DNA of 64,000 bases, taken from NCBI RefSeq assembly GCF_037975245.1, contig NC_092564.1, positions 11,359,891-11,423,890 of the forward strand, in the 5' to 3' direction. Shown in pieces: positions 50,326 through 61,629 of the stretch; the stretch's first letter is position 1; each line of letters starts with the position of its first letter. The DNA comes from Apostichopus japonicus. Taxonomy: Eukaryota. The notes beneath the pieces are model-generated. The model saw only the letters and a list, made by a program, of their open reading frames with translations. It did no database searches and had not been told where the DNA came from. Made by a program: the position numbers and the translations under genes.

Positions 50326-51112
50326 TTTCCACTTTAGTAAGACAAATATTTATTAGCAGTAAAAGGTTTACTTGTGGATGTAAAGCGTTAGCTAAGCTAG
50401 TATAGGTATGCTAATAGGAAATGTGCATCAAGGGTTTAGGCCATTAGCCTGCTACTAGGCCTACTATTCCGTAGTTATTACAGCTCTACGTTAACGCGTA
50501 ATCCTGCTACGCGTCTATGTAAACAATTCCACCTGTACATGTATGGACATGTTGTATGGTATTAGTAGTTCATTCGGCGGAAAACACACAACGTGCCCTT
50601 TTGTTATGGTATGTCTATGTTCAAATTTCGTTCCCCTCAAAACGGTGGCGCTATTTGATTTCTTGGTCTAACATTTTCTCAAAGTGCCTGTGCTCTGTCG
50701 TATGAACATTACCGCAGTTTATAATGGGGAAACTGGGGAAACTATACTTAAGCTGGTTTTGTTCATTATATTTTATTTTCATAACATATTTATGTTGATT
50801 TTTGAATCAATCATTTTTCCCATTCTTTTATTGCAACTTAATCCAAACAATGTCAAACCTTCATCTACATTGTTGGTTTATAGATTTACATAATCTCAGC
50901 AATTGCGAGACATCGTGAAGAGATCAATGTACAGTAAGCCTACACAATTTCCAAACAAATAGATAATATCCACAATTACAGATTACTCATTAATTCTTGT
51001 TAATTGAATAATTTATGTAGTCAAGCATAGTACAGAATGTCATGAACCACACATTGATGCACATAAGATATCCCGAATGGAAAGTTCTTTGACAATCGGA
51101 TTTGCATAAACT

Positions 51113-51415
51113 GAAAGAGTAACTTAAAGGGTGTGAAGACTCGCGCAAAAAGAAACGTCTAATGCCGGTAATCTGACCTAGTTTCGAATGAGGTGTAGCA
51201 GAAGTGTTAGACACCATCATCGATCCCAGAAAATACACACACAGCTTGCTACCGTCGGTAATTAGACACAAGTGTACAGTCACTGCATACAGCTGCGGTC
51301 AATACCTAAAGCACAGTGTAGCCTATAGACGATACAGCGATGGACATCTCAGGTCCAGCTAAAGATAACAAGGTATCACGTTTCATTACTGTCTGCATTT
51401 TGTAGCGACACAAAC
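51113..51415 (-). repeat. SINE-like repeat copy 2, inverted relative to copy 1. With copy 1 it brackets exon A and the 5' flank of the - strand gene.
   Basis: The reverse complement of 51113-51415 aligns to 49010-49320 over about 300 bp at roughly 85-90% identity. Confidence 0.65.
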
Positions 51416-51424
51416 AAAACGACT

Positions 51425-51578
51425 GTACACTAGTGTCTAATTATCGAAGGTAGCAAACTCTATGCGTATTTTCTGGGATCGATGGTGGTGTCTAACACTT
51501 CTGTTACACCTCATTCGACACTATGTCAGATTGACCGGCATTAGACGTTTCTTTTTGCGAGAGTCTTCACACCCTTTA
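51425..51578 (+). repeat. SINE-like repeat copy 3 (core only). It forms a ~150-bp-arm palindrome with the adjacent copy 2.
   Basis: 'actagtgtctaattatcgaaggtagcaaactctatgcgtattttctgggatcgatggtggtgtctaacacttctgttacacctcattcgaca...gagtcttcacaccctttaatg' is the reverse complement of 51113-51262. Confidence 0.65.
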
Positions 51579-52078
51579 ATGAACGCATTGCTATCTGACT
51601 ATGACATGCTCAAGAGGGTTCGAATTTTAATGATCCCTATTATTCTTTAAAAGAGAAAGACTACACCGACAATATCATTGTCTTTTTCCGACTTCGATAC
51701 AATTACACAGTGTACAACAATCCCTTTAATTGGGGATCTTTCCTTTCAAAGCAAGATTACCACACTTTACTAAAATCAAATCAATACGCCCCCCCCCCCC
51801 TTTCTCGACTTATGTCAGAAGTCAAAGCTCCCTTTCTATTGATATAAAATTCAAGGTGATTGGACAAAATGTATGCTCGCATATTTAAGTCCCCAATGAC
51901 AAGCCTGGTAAGCCTTGGCAGAATAGCTATACTAAGCTTTGTTCCCAAATGCAATATTGTTTGTGCATGCACTAGTATTCGTGTATTGCATTTCTTTGGC
52001 AACTTGATAAATCGATAAAATGGAATGTAGTTGAAGTTCGTAATAATTATTATTATGACCTTTTTAAAAAAAAAAGTA

Positions 52079-52342
52079 CCCAGCAAACACAAAAACGTTT
52101 TTAAAACGTTATTAAAACGTTTCGTCTATTGTTTTGATAACGTTATTTGTGGTGTAATAAATATGTCACGAAAACGTTTTCAGGCTATTATTTCAAAACA
52201 AGTTTTCGTTAAAACATTAATATTACATTAATATCTCATAAAAACGTTATGCCGACGTTTTTTTAACACCACATTTAACGTTATAAAACATATTTTAGAG
52301 GCTCTTTTAAAAATTTTATGATAACGTTTTGTGTTTGCTGGG
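52079..52342. mobile_element. MITE (264 bp) with 20/21-bp TIR 'cccagcaaacacaaaaacgtt' and an AACGTT-rich core
   Basis: The left end reads 'cccagcaaacacaaaaacgtt' and the right end 'aacgttttgtgtttgctggg'. The palindromic hexamer AACGTT occurs about 12 times inside. The TSD is ambiguous because of flanking poly-A. Confidence 0.55.
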
Positions 52343-52599
52343 AAAAAACGTCTATTTGAAAATTGCACAGTGTGACCATTCTTGTCTGTTGGCCCAGGGA
52401 GTTGTTATGGAACTCCCTGGTTGGCAAATAACCTTCGATAATTGTAACTCTTTGAACACAACGAGAAAAAAATGCATAACCCGGCTGCAATGTGCGTAAC
52501 TCTGAAGTCGTGTGGGTTCTTGAATACGCCAAAAACCAATTACGCTTTGAATAAAAATGAGTAAATAAAGCGATCTAATTGTGTATACTAACGTGCCAC

Positions 52600-54115
52600 A
52601 TGAACGCTGAAAAACAAATCCTTTAAGAAACACGAGGCAACTTCGAGTACTGAATTCCGTGCAAGCTTGCCATATTATGCATGATAGATACAACATGCCT
52701 TCTTTCCAAGATAAGTATCTTAACTTGCTTTTACCGATCGACAGAGGAGGATTCAGTTTGAGCGACATTGAATTAACAAGAGATGCTCTTATAATTAAAT
52801 TTTGTAGTAAGATATTAAGTAATAACATTAATATTATATTACAAAAATTAATGTTGTATTTTTTCAAATATGTATGAAGATATGAGCCTTGGGCGTGGTA
52901 TCTTTCAAATTACTCCTAACCACAAGTCTGTTCATAAGCTAAGCCCGTATTACCGTGAACTCATGTTAGCATGGGATCGGCTAATTCAAGGCCGCTTCTG
53001 GCTACCAGAGACCAGAGAAGACATCCTCAATCAACCTATCTTTAGTAATACCCTGATTGTTGACAATGATAGTCAAACACTTTTTAATCTTCATTAAAGG
53101 TGGTATCGTTTCTGTCAGTGATCTGATGTATGAGATTATACCCACTTCTCTGCCAGCCAAGGCCGTGCATGAGTGCATTGAGCTTGGTAATCCCGATAAC
53201 CCCCTTACCAAGTAATCGATGTTCAGAATTATATCGATGTCATTCTCCACGCCTTCCCCTCTGACTGGTTAGGTGATATATTTTCTTCTGATGCAATTGT
53301 ATCTACGCATTTTACTGTATTCCTACTGTAAAATTTCAAAATGGCAAAAACATTATTGATGCCTCCCCAGTTTCGTGAAGAATAGCTTCACGCCTTTTGC
53401 GTGACAATCTTACATCGCCCAAGGGCGAAGAATACTGGAAGCAGCATTTTCCCAGTCTTGATTTTTCTAATAGATGGAGTAACATATATTGTTCTCCAAA
53501 GTGTTTCTTTGATGCCGATATCGACTTCAAAGTATTACATAATATTCTTTACACTAACGACAAATTGTACAAGTTTGGATTAACCGATTCTCCTTACTGC
53601 ACCTTTTGCAAAACCACGAACGAAAGTACTATTCCTCTTTTTATTGAGTGTTCTGAAGTCGAAAATTTATGGCACTTTTTGGTTAATAAGTTGAGTACTT
53701 TACATCCGGTAGTTAACTAAGATGAATGGAAGGGGTTGTCCCTTCTGGGTCTTGGCCGTAAAAACAATTGTATTGTAGGAATTTTGTGTGACTTCATCTT
53801 CAATATATATAAGTGTACAATTTGGAATTGTAGAATATCTCGCCTTAATAATAACTATCTTTGTAATATTGAAAAAAGTTTTTCACAATGTACTCAAGAA
53901 GAAAATTCGTTTACTTTTTGATGTGTACTACCACCAAAACAAGATCTCACGGTTTTTAATATATTTACACAGAACGATATTGTGCTCTCTAAAAAAGAAT
54001 CGAACAGCTATACTTACCATCTGGATAGGGGTTAATTTGTATAGAGTACGTGTTGACGTAAGCATGGTCTGGTCTTTTAACTTTGCTTTAGACATTGTTG
54101 TCTTTTGTATATAAT
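52600..54115 (+). mobile_element. 5'-truncated, frameshifted non-LTR retrotransposon (LINE; CR1/L2/RTE-like) 3' portion: RT C-terminal region plus zf-RVT-like tail
   Basis: The segments 'RGGFSLSDIELTRDALIIKFCSKIL', 'HKLSPYYRELMLAWDRL...ILNQPIFSNTLI' and 'WKQHFPSLDFSNRWSNIYCSPKCFFDADIDFKVLHNILYTNDKLYKFGLTDSPYCTFCKTTNESTIPLFIECSEVENLWHFLVNKL' match the conserved C-terminal 'ILNQPLF.N' and CCHC-like zf-RVT pattern of LINE ORF2. They sit in three different frames. Confidence 0.7.
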
Positions 54116-54295
54116 CTCTTTTTTCTGTGGTGATTAATAATTTAGTTTTCTCTTAACTTAAACGTGAGTAAATGTTAAGATAATTATTATTTAATGTTCT
54201 ACATAAATAATAACATACTTAAGTTTTAATTCTGTAAAACATACCTTTGTAAATAATGTTGACAATGGGTGAGCCAGTGGGCTCATCTCCCAATT

Positions 54296-55186
54296 AAAGA
54301 GGCGCGATGGCTTGGCGCACTGTACGAGCTAATGATCGAGATCCTCTTTGGGATCCGTGGTTCGAACCCCGGTGATGACGTCTTTTGCCGATCTTTTACA
54401 GCTCGTGCCTACACGGGGAGCTGTGAGTATTAGTTAATCCATCTAATATCTCAGTCCATACAGTGGCGCGATGGCTTGGCGCACTGTACGAGCTGATGAT
54501 CGAGACTCTCTTTTGGATCCGTGGTTCGAATCCCGGTGATGACGTCTTTTGCCGATCTTTTACAGCTGGTGCCTACACGGGGAGCTGTAAGTATTAGTTA
54601 ATCCACCTAATATCTCAGTCCATACAGTGGCGCGATGGCTTGGCGCACTGTACGAGCTGATGATCATCTCTCTTTTGCATCCGTGGTTCGAACCCCGGTG
54701 ACGTCTTTTGCCGATCTTTTACAGCTCGTGCCTACACGGGGAGCTGTAAGTATTAGTTAATTCACCTAATATCTCAGTCCATACAGTGGCACGATGGCTT
54801 GGCGCACTGTACGAGCTGATGATCATCTCTCTTTTGCATCCGTGGTTCGAACCCCGGTGACGTCTTTTGCCGATCTTTTACAGCTCGTGCCTACACGGGG
54901 AGCTGTAAGTATTAGTTAATCCACCTAATATCTCAGTCCATACAGTGGCGCGATGGCTTGGCGCACTGTACGAGCTGATGATCATCTCTCTTTTGCATCC
55001 GTGGTTCGAACCCCGGTGACGTCTTTTGCCGATCTTTTACAGCTCGTGCCTACATTGGGAGCTGTAACTTAGTTAATCGGCATAATATCTCAGTCCATAC
55101 AGTGGCGCGATGGCTTGGCGCACTGTCCGAGCTTTTGAGCGAGACTCTCTTTTGCATCGGTGGTTCGAACCCCGGTGACGTCTTTT
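54296..55186 (+). repeat. Tandem array of six ~162-bp tRNA-like (SINE-head-like) units directly 3' of the LINE
   Basis: The unit reads 'acagtggcgcgatggcttggcgcactgtacgagctgatgatc...ccgtggttcgaa(t/c)cccggtga(tg)acgtcttttgccgatcttttacagctcgtgcctacacggggagctgtaagtattagttaatccacctaatatctcagtccat'. It has D-arm-like 'gcgcgatggcttggcgc' and T-loop-like 'ggttcgaatcc'. Unit starts fall at about 54301, 54466, 54626, 54788, 54947 and 55107. Confidence 0.8.
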
Positions 55187-55614
55187 TCCTAACTGTTCTT
55201 TCAGTGTCATGCACGGCCATTCACTCTGGTATTTTAAAATGTATTAGTACCCTACTCCCTAGGGCCTATCTATTAAAATCTGTTTCAAGTTGGAAGCATT
55301 GTGAGGCACAAATAAAATCGTGTGTCACAAAAAGTCATGTACACAATTGGGTTTTGAATGTGCTGAAAATAAAGTGAAATAAAGTAAATCCCAACGTTAT
55401 ATGTCGATCTTCGTCAACTTATCTGCTTGGAGGCCCCAAAGTCTCCTTACTACAAAAGCTATGTTAATATTTGTATATTTGTTTTTGTATTTGTTTCATC
55501 ATTATTTACAGTGTGACGGGAAGTCTCCTATAAAGCCTGCAAGGCTTAAAAAAGTAGGACACTCCCCAAAAAGAAAAAAGAAAGAAAAGCTTTAGAATAG
55601 AAAAAGGAAAAAAT

Positions 55615-55830
55615 ATAACAAAGGGGTCACCTTTTTTTTTCTTCAACAAATTATATTTTGACGACATAGTGAATTACCCAAAAAATACAGTCCTTTTGGC
55701 GTTCCATTGTAGACTCCTTATACTACAAAAGCTATGTTAACATAACAAAGGGGTCACCTTCTTTTTTCTTCAACAAATTATATTCGACGACACAGTGAAT
55801 TATCCAAAATATACAGTCGTTTTGGCGTTC
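55615..55830 (+). repeat. Tandem duplication, ~125-bp unit x ~1.7 ('ataacaaaggggtcacctt.ttttttcttcaacaaattatatt..gacgaca.agtgaatta.ccaaaa.atacagtc.ttttggcgttcca')
   Basis: Direct read. 'tactacaaaagctatgttaa' also occurs at 55444. Confidence 0.8.
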
Positions 55831-55867
55831 CATAGGAAAACGACTTTGACAAGTCTATGTTCCTATG

Positions 55868-56790
55868 GTAGCATACGCCCATTAACAATCCCCATTGACT
55901 TACACACTAAATCACAAAAGTAATGTGGTCTCTAAGTCTAGATAGAAGTTTTCACTAGCTAAACGCTACCCATCACCGGATAGCTGACAAGTTGGCCTTT
56001 CATGGCACCATCAATTTTCCGTATCATGACAATGTAGATTTTTTGCTTTCCGAGCCGGAAGCTTTCGTCACTTGTAAACAAACCTCTTCACTCAGTGGTA
56101 AACAAGTTTCCCACGCTGCTCCTGGGAGGCCTAAAGGGGTCTAAAATTGCCTCAATCGACCCAATTTTCTCACCACATGTACTTCCATTCATGCCCTTCA
56201 ACATGCAAGCCACAAAAAAACTAGATTATGATTGATAACAGGTCACAAAAGATGTTCTCCTGCTGCTTTTCGGCACTTTTCCTGAAGGAGAACAATCGAG
56301 CGGATTTATATAGACTCTAGTAAGAGTATGCCACCTTAAGTAGCATACGCCCATGAAAAGCCCCATTGACTTACACACTAAATCACAAAAGTAATGTCTT
56401 CTCTAAGCCTAGATAGAAGTTTTCACTTGCTAAACGCTACCCATCACTGGATAGCTGACAAGTTGGCCTTTCATAGCACCATCAATTTTCCGTACCATGA
56501 CAATGTAGATTTATTTTGCTACGAGAGCCGGAACTTTTCGTCACTTGTAAACAACCTCTCCACTCAGCGGTAAACAAATTTCCTACGCTGCTCCTTGGAG
56601 GCCTAAAGGGGTCTAAAATTGCCTCAATTGACCCAATATGCTTCCATTCATGTTCTTTAACATCAAAGCCACAAAAAAGCACATCCTAATTGATAACATA
56701 GCAAAAAGTTGTTCTGCTCCTAATTGGCACTTTTCCTGAAGGAGAACATTTGCCGCGGATTGATATATACGCTAATAGGAGTATGCCACC
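55868..56790 (+). repeat. Two tandem copies of a ~440-480-bp unit immediately upstream of the MARS1-like start codon
   Basis: Unit 1 spans about 55868-56345 and unit 2 about 56350-56790, both delimited by 'gtagcatacgccc...gagtatgccacc'. Identity is roughly 85%. Shared long stretches include 'ccccattgacttacacactaaatcacaaaagtaatgt' and 'ctaaacgctacccatcac.ggatagctgacaagttggcctttcat'. Confidence 0.85.
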
Positions 56791-57019
56791 TGAAGCTACA
56801 GAGTAGGGATGAATCTGAATCCTGGGATGAATCCTGTGATAGCTTCAGGTTGGTCTTCCGCTGCTTATTTTCAAATGGTATCAATGGGCTCCATAACGTT
56901 TGAATACCACCCCGTTTTCTGATGCAATATTTGTTTCAATGTTTGTAGGTTTTCATCAGGAACAAGTAAGAGTAGTAGTACATATACTCTGAGAAATTTA
57001 GGAACTAAGTTCACGCAAA

Positions 57020-57122
57020 ATGAAGCTCTTTACAGATAAAGGGAATCAACATTCTCTAAAGATTTTAGTTGCCGCAGAACTAGCCGGAATCAGTCTGGAG
57101 ATTGAACATGTGGATAGCGCAG
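57020..57122 (+). CDS. MARS1: Methionyl-tRNA synthetase (cytoplasmic MetRS) exon 1: start codon plus N-terminus of GST-like domain
   Basis: Translates as 'MKLFTDKGNQHSLKILVAAELAGISLEIEHVDSA' and aligns with human MARS1 '[34 protein letters not shown]'. The donor is 'GCAG|gtatag' and the ATG context is 'gcaaaATGa'. Confidence 0.8.
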
Positions 57123-58781
57123 GTATAGCAGAATTATACTGGGAGGCATTTCGCTACGGAATTAAAACATATGTAATTGTGTACAGTACTAGGCCAGGCC
57201 CTAGGCTACAGTAGGGCTATAGAAATCCATCAAGCTTTGCAGTATCGCAGCCTAAGATAAATGTTAAACTTTTAAGACGTATACATAATCAGTATTGTGT
57301 AAGTGCAAGGGAATATAAAATAGTAAGTAGTTTATTGTGAAAATTTATTGTCTTGTACTTGTTATCTTTATTTTTGGTGGGCTTCTTGTACAAGCTACGG
57401 CTTCCAAGCCCTTCCACCATTTTCTCTCCGTAATTTCCATCATTTTTCTTTTATATGATTTATTACCTATTATTTTCTTTGCATGGTATTGTCTTCACAG
57501 TCCTATTATTATATAAACATTGTGAGGAAATGGAAAAATAAATGAAATGAAATGAAATTTTCTCTGGCTAAAATGATCAGCTCGTCATAACATTAACAGT
57601 GCCACTATAAATGTATGTTAAATTGTAGAGGCTTGATCTGTGACATTCATGACCAAATAGGATAAAGTGGTGTATTTACATGAGGCGGATAATCATCTGG
57701 TAATCTGAATTATTTACCATGTTGTAAATATCAACATTTAATTGTTCTACTGATTCTACTGGGCTTAAAACAATATAAAATGTTGATTTAAGCTGTTTCT
57801 GCTAATAATTGGAAATATTACTTTGTTAGTAATCTTTCTGCCTGATGTGATTTTCCTGTTGGTGCTCACATCTAAGCGGTTGTAATTGTGAATTGAAGAA
57901 CAGGGAGGGAGGAACATTTGTTTTGCCACAGCTATTGTCTGACACGTACAGTAGGGGGACACATGCTAAACACACTAAACAAGAATGCTTAAACAAATTA
58001 TGAAGGAAAGTAACTTTCTTAGATTTATGGTACCTCTTTTATTTATTTATTTTAAAGTTGCAAATTATAAGTTTCTCCAAAGCTGTTGGCCTAAATATCT
58101 TGATTATTTCAGTAATTCACTGTTAATCAACTTGTTACTGTTACCATTGTTAAGTATTTCAATGAAAAAAAATCATTTTAAAAACACACAACTCAAAGAA
58201 AAAATTAAAATATATTTTTTATCCTGAATACATAACTACTGTTAGTGGCCTAAACAAAAAATAAATAGCTTTTAGAATTATACAATCAGTAATACTGTAC
58301 TTTATAAATCTGTTACCTACAAGTTAAAATTCAGCTAAAAACATTAAAAAAACACAGCCTTTCTCTCTTAAAATTCACTACAAATCTGTCCATTAACATT
58401 TAGCAAGGACAGACTGCGGCTCTTTTTAAGAGAAATAAAAAAAATGTGTTCCGTCATTTTTCTTTTAATATTATTTTTCAATTTATAAGGTTATTCCAAC
58501 AAACTTACAGCATATTCCATGTACTCCAAACAAAACTAGTTGTTAAATACGCCACAGAAGGTTCTTTCCGACACACCTTTTTCTATGGTTAAAATGACCA
58601 TTTTTTTTTATGGCATAATGGCAAGAACTACAATAAATGTGAGGAAATTAATAGTCACCAACTTTAGGCACTGGGAAGAAGAATTTGACAATTTTTAGTC
58701 TGTTTTTCTTCTTTCTGGATTACAAATTAAGTTAATTGAGATCAGATATGGTGCATAACCTCTTTCTCCTTAATTTTGCAG

Positions 58782-58872
58782 CCATAGTTGTGCCTTTTCT
58801 GAAGAGAAATGTTTTACCAGTACTAGAGGTTGAGACAAATGAATATCTGTTTTCTGCCAATGCTATTACAAG
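58782..58872 (+). CDS. MARS1: MetRS exon 2
   Basis: Acceptor 'ttttgcag|CC' and donor 'AAG|gtatag'. Translates as '(A)IVVPFLKRNVLPVLEVETNEYLFSANAIT', matching human '[29 protein letters not shown]'. Confidence 0.85.
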
Positions 58873-59380
58873 GTATAGTATGCATACAATGATGTCATGT
58901 AAGCTACTGTATTAGTTTAGTAATGTAATCATACAGTAGTATTTACTGCATGTTGAAGACCGTAGTTACTGTACCAAACATTGTGTATACGGAATATATG
59001 AGAAATATTGTACATGTTGTAAATGCATTATAATTCCAAAATTTTGCTTTAAATAGGTTTCTTGTAGTGGTGAGGCGGATAATACCAGTGACTAACTATA
59101 CAGTAGTTTTTCTTTGTTAGTCATGATTATACTGTACGAGAATAAAGTCCCATGGGCATATCACTGTACATAGAATTAGTGGAAATTTTGCAATTTTTTG
59201 ACTTTGTGAAGTTTGAAATTTCTGCAGAAAGTGCTGGCTTATGCTACAGTAGTTCATTTATAAATTTGGTACGTAGCTCTGTTATGAACAGTCTTGAAAC
59301 AGTTGTGTATATGAATGTAAATAAGCTGTTGACAGACTTTCTGGGACACATAAATTATTACAATATTTCATATATTCCAG

Positions 59381-59462
59381 ATACATACTTGCTACTGTGG
59401 GGAAAGACTCTGAAGATATCACAGTGTCCACCTGGCTTGAATGGGAATCTACAGACTTACAG
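59381..59462 (+). CDS. MARS1: MetRS exon 3
   Basis: Acceptor 'tattccag|AT' and donor 'CAG|gtatac'. Translates as '(R)YILATVGKDSEDITVSTWLEWESTDLQ', matching human '[27 protein letters not shown]'. Confidence 0.88.
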
Positions 59463-60141
59463 GTATACCTTTAGAGGAATTCAATTTCCTTTAGAACTAA
59501 AACAAAATATGGTTTCAATAAATATTGTACAGTATGTCAGTACTGTAAGCTGTATGAAAGGCAGGTCAAATTCAAAGAAAGTATGTTTCATAGATAGTTA
59601 CACTAAGTAAGGATGTTAAACAGTGTTGAATTTAAGTGGCTTTTAAATCTCATTTTCTTGAGAGGGAATAAGACAATATTAACGTTACAAACTTATTTGT
59701 GCGTAACTTGTCTGGTCTTACTGCATTTCTGCATATACATCTCAAAATGTGGTTGTTTGAAGCTACATTGTAATTATTCATGGCTAGGTGAGCCCTCAGC
59801 TACTCCAGGGAATAGGACGCAGTGGGTAGTCTGTAATGTAAACTCAGCTAATATGGTTTCCTCTTTCATTGTGTTCTTAAAAAGTCAAGAATGCTTGTGC
59901 AGCTAAAAGGTGAGCACCCAGTGGATAATGAACCTAACTTAAAGGCGTTGCAAAAATGAAACTAACTGGCACTAAGACATAAATGATAAATAAATGTTAA
60001 TTAGATTTTTGTGGCTCATCTGCAATGATCTGATCATAAACATGATACAAATTGCTGGTGTATGGTACATTGTTTTAGCCTGGTTTTCATATTGTTCAGA
60101 ACCATTCTCAATTACATTTGTTGGTTTTGTTCCTCATCCAG

Positions 60142-60261
60142 GCAGCACTATCATCTTACCTTCCTGCTTTGTATGGTGGAGGCAAAGCGGATTCTCAGAA
60201 ATTACAGCCTCATTTATCAAAACTAGACAATAGTCTTGGTGGAGCCCAATTCATTGTCCAG
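60142..60261 (+). CDS. MARS1: MetRS exon 4
   Basis: Acceptor 'catccag|GCA' and donor 'CAG|gtaatt'. Translates as 'AALSSYLPALYGGGKADSQKLQPHLSKLDNSLGGAQFIVQ', matching human '[45 protein letters not shown]'. Confidence 0.85.
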
Positions 60262-61041
60262 GTAATTTGCTTCCTTCCTTCCTTGTTCAACAAAGAGGGC
60301 ATTTGCTAATGAAGCTAACTGCTGTGCACTAGAAGGAACATTTTTTATGTAACGGGCAGGATAGCGAGTATAGCTGCTTTCACTTCTTAAATGGCGAGAT
60401 AAGTTGAGGAGTTTTTGAGGCTATTTTGGAGGTAGGGCAGATCGTCAATATAGACTCTTATCATATGGAAGTAGTGTTCTCAGTGTTCCACTGGTTGTTG
60501 TTTCATATGGAGGTTAAGCAACTTCAACTATAAACATTTGAAATTAGAAAACAACATGGATTTGTGATTAAGATCATAATTGTCACACTGGAAGATTATA
60601 AAGCCCTGTTGCCTTAAAAGTTGAGCAATCTTGGAATGCTTACACTATTTTGCTAGTTGCACTAATCTGCTAACAAATTCACAGCATTGAGCATATTGAG
60701 CATACACAATGCATTCAAATGAAACAGTGCGAGAAATACTTATATGTTTTCGGTGAAGCAGTGACAGGATTAAGACAAATGTGTCTGTAGCCGACATATT
60801 GCGTGGTTGTTACTCAAGGCCTATTTCACTGTTGGAAAAACATTTTCATAATTGTAATAAGTAACAAAACAACACTGTACTTGTTGCACACAAAAACCTT
60901 CCATAATTCCATCTGGTTTCTAAATATGTGCTTGCAATAAGCCGAACCTGTTCTACCAATCAGGTATTCATTCAAGTCTGCAAACGTTTTTTAATTGTGT
61001 TTATATCTTTATTTTCACAAGATCGTTTCTCTTTAACACAG

Positions 61042-61329
61042 GACCAACTATCAGCTGCCGATGTTTGCCTTTTTGCTGCCCTCTATCCGCTGTATGCCAA
61101 CAATAAATCATGCTTTGAAAATTTTTCAAATCTGAATGCCTGGTTTACCAAACTTCATGCTGAACCACCATTTGGAGCTTCTGTTGCCAAGGTGACAGAA
61201 GGAAAAGGCAGCAGTTCACTGAAAGCCTCCATCCTTGCTCAACCATTGGTCAACACTCTTCCAGTAGCGAGGAGTGTGTCTAATGAGAAAGGAAAGTCAT
61301 CAAAAGATAAAGAAAATTCAACGACAGAG
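61042..61329 (+). CDS. MARS1: MetRS exon 5 (end of GST-like domain plus linker)
   Basis: Acceptor 'aacacag|GAC' and donor 'GAG|gtgagg'. Translates as 'DQLSAADVCLFAALYPLYANNKSCFENFSNLNAWFTKLHAEPPFGASVAKV...', matching human '[52 protein letters not shown]'. Confidence 0.85.
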
Positions 61330-61522
61330 GTGAGGCTTACAATTTAAAGATTTATTGTCTTCTTAAGAATATTTCTGCTCTTCTCACTGGTTTGTTTAAG
61401 TATGATTGTTTGAAGTATTTTCTATAATACCAAATGGTTCTCTTGTACATAATGTGTTTTATCAAAGCATTTGGTTGCCATAGTTACTGATATTAACATG
61501 TGTTCATGATCAATTTTTACAG

Positions 61523-61629
61523 GAGGTAGTTGCTAAGGAATTTTCTTTGGAAGAAGTCAGAGCTGCTAAGGAAACTTTTCTAACAGGAAAGAAGGTTGCT
61601 CCCAAACCAGTCCAAAGGAATCATCCACT
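61523..61629 (+). CDS. MARS1: MetRS exon 6 (linker)
   Basis: Acceptor 'tttttacag|GAG' and donor 'CACT|gtgagt'. Translates as 'EVVAKEFSLEEVRAAKETFLTGKKVAPKPVQRNHP', aligning with human '[30 protein letters not shown]'. It ends in phase 2. Confidence 0.8.

Noticed and set aside
52352-52867. 171-aa ORF on the - strand
   Set aside because: It is antisense to the LINE reverse-transcriptase remnant and the adjacent MITE. It is low-complexity and Leu/Ile-rich, typical of an antisense AT-rich artefact.
54296-55186. The tRNA-like tandem units as six functional tRNA genes
   Set aside because: The D-arm-like and T-loop-like motifs are present. However, the T-stem ('ccgtgg/cccggt') and acceptor ends do not base-pair and no anticodon arm can be drawn. 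The units are better explained as a SINE-head-derived satellite.
59152-59610. 152-aa ORF overlapping MARS1-like exon 3
   Set aside because: It is out of frame with the well-supported exon 3 (59381-59462) and is otherwise intronic, AT-rich sequence. It shows no independent coding signal.
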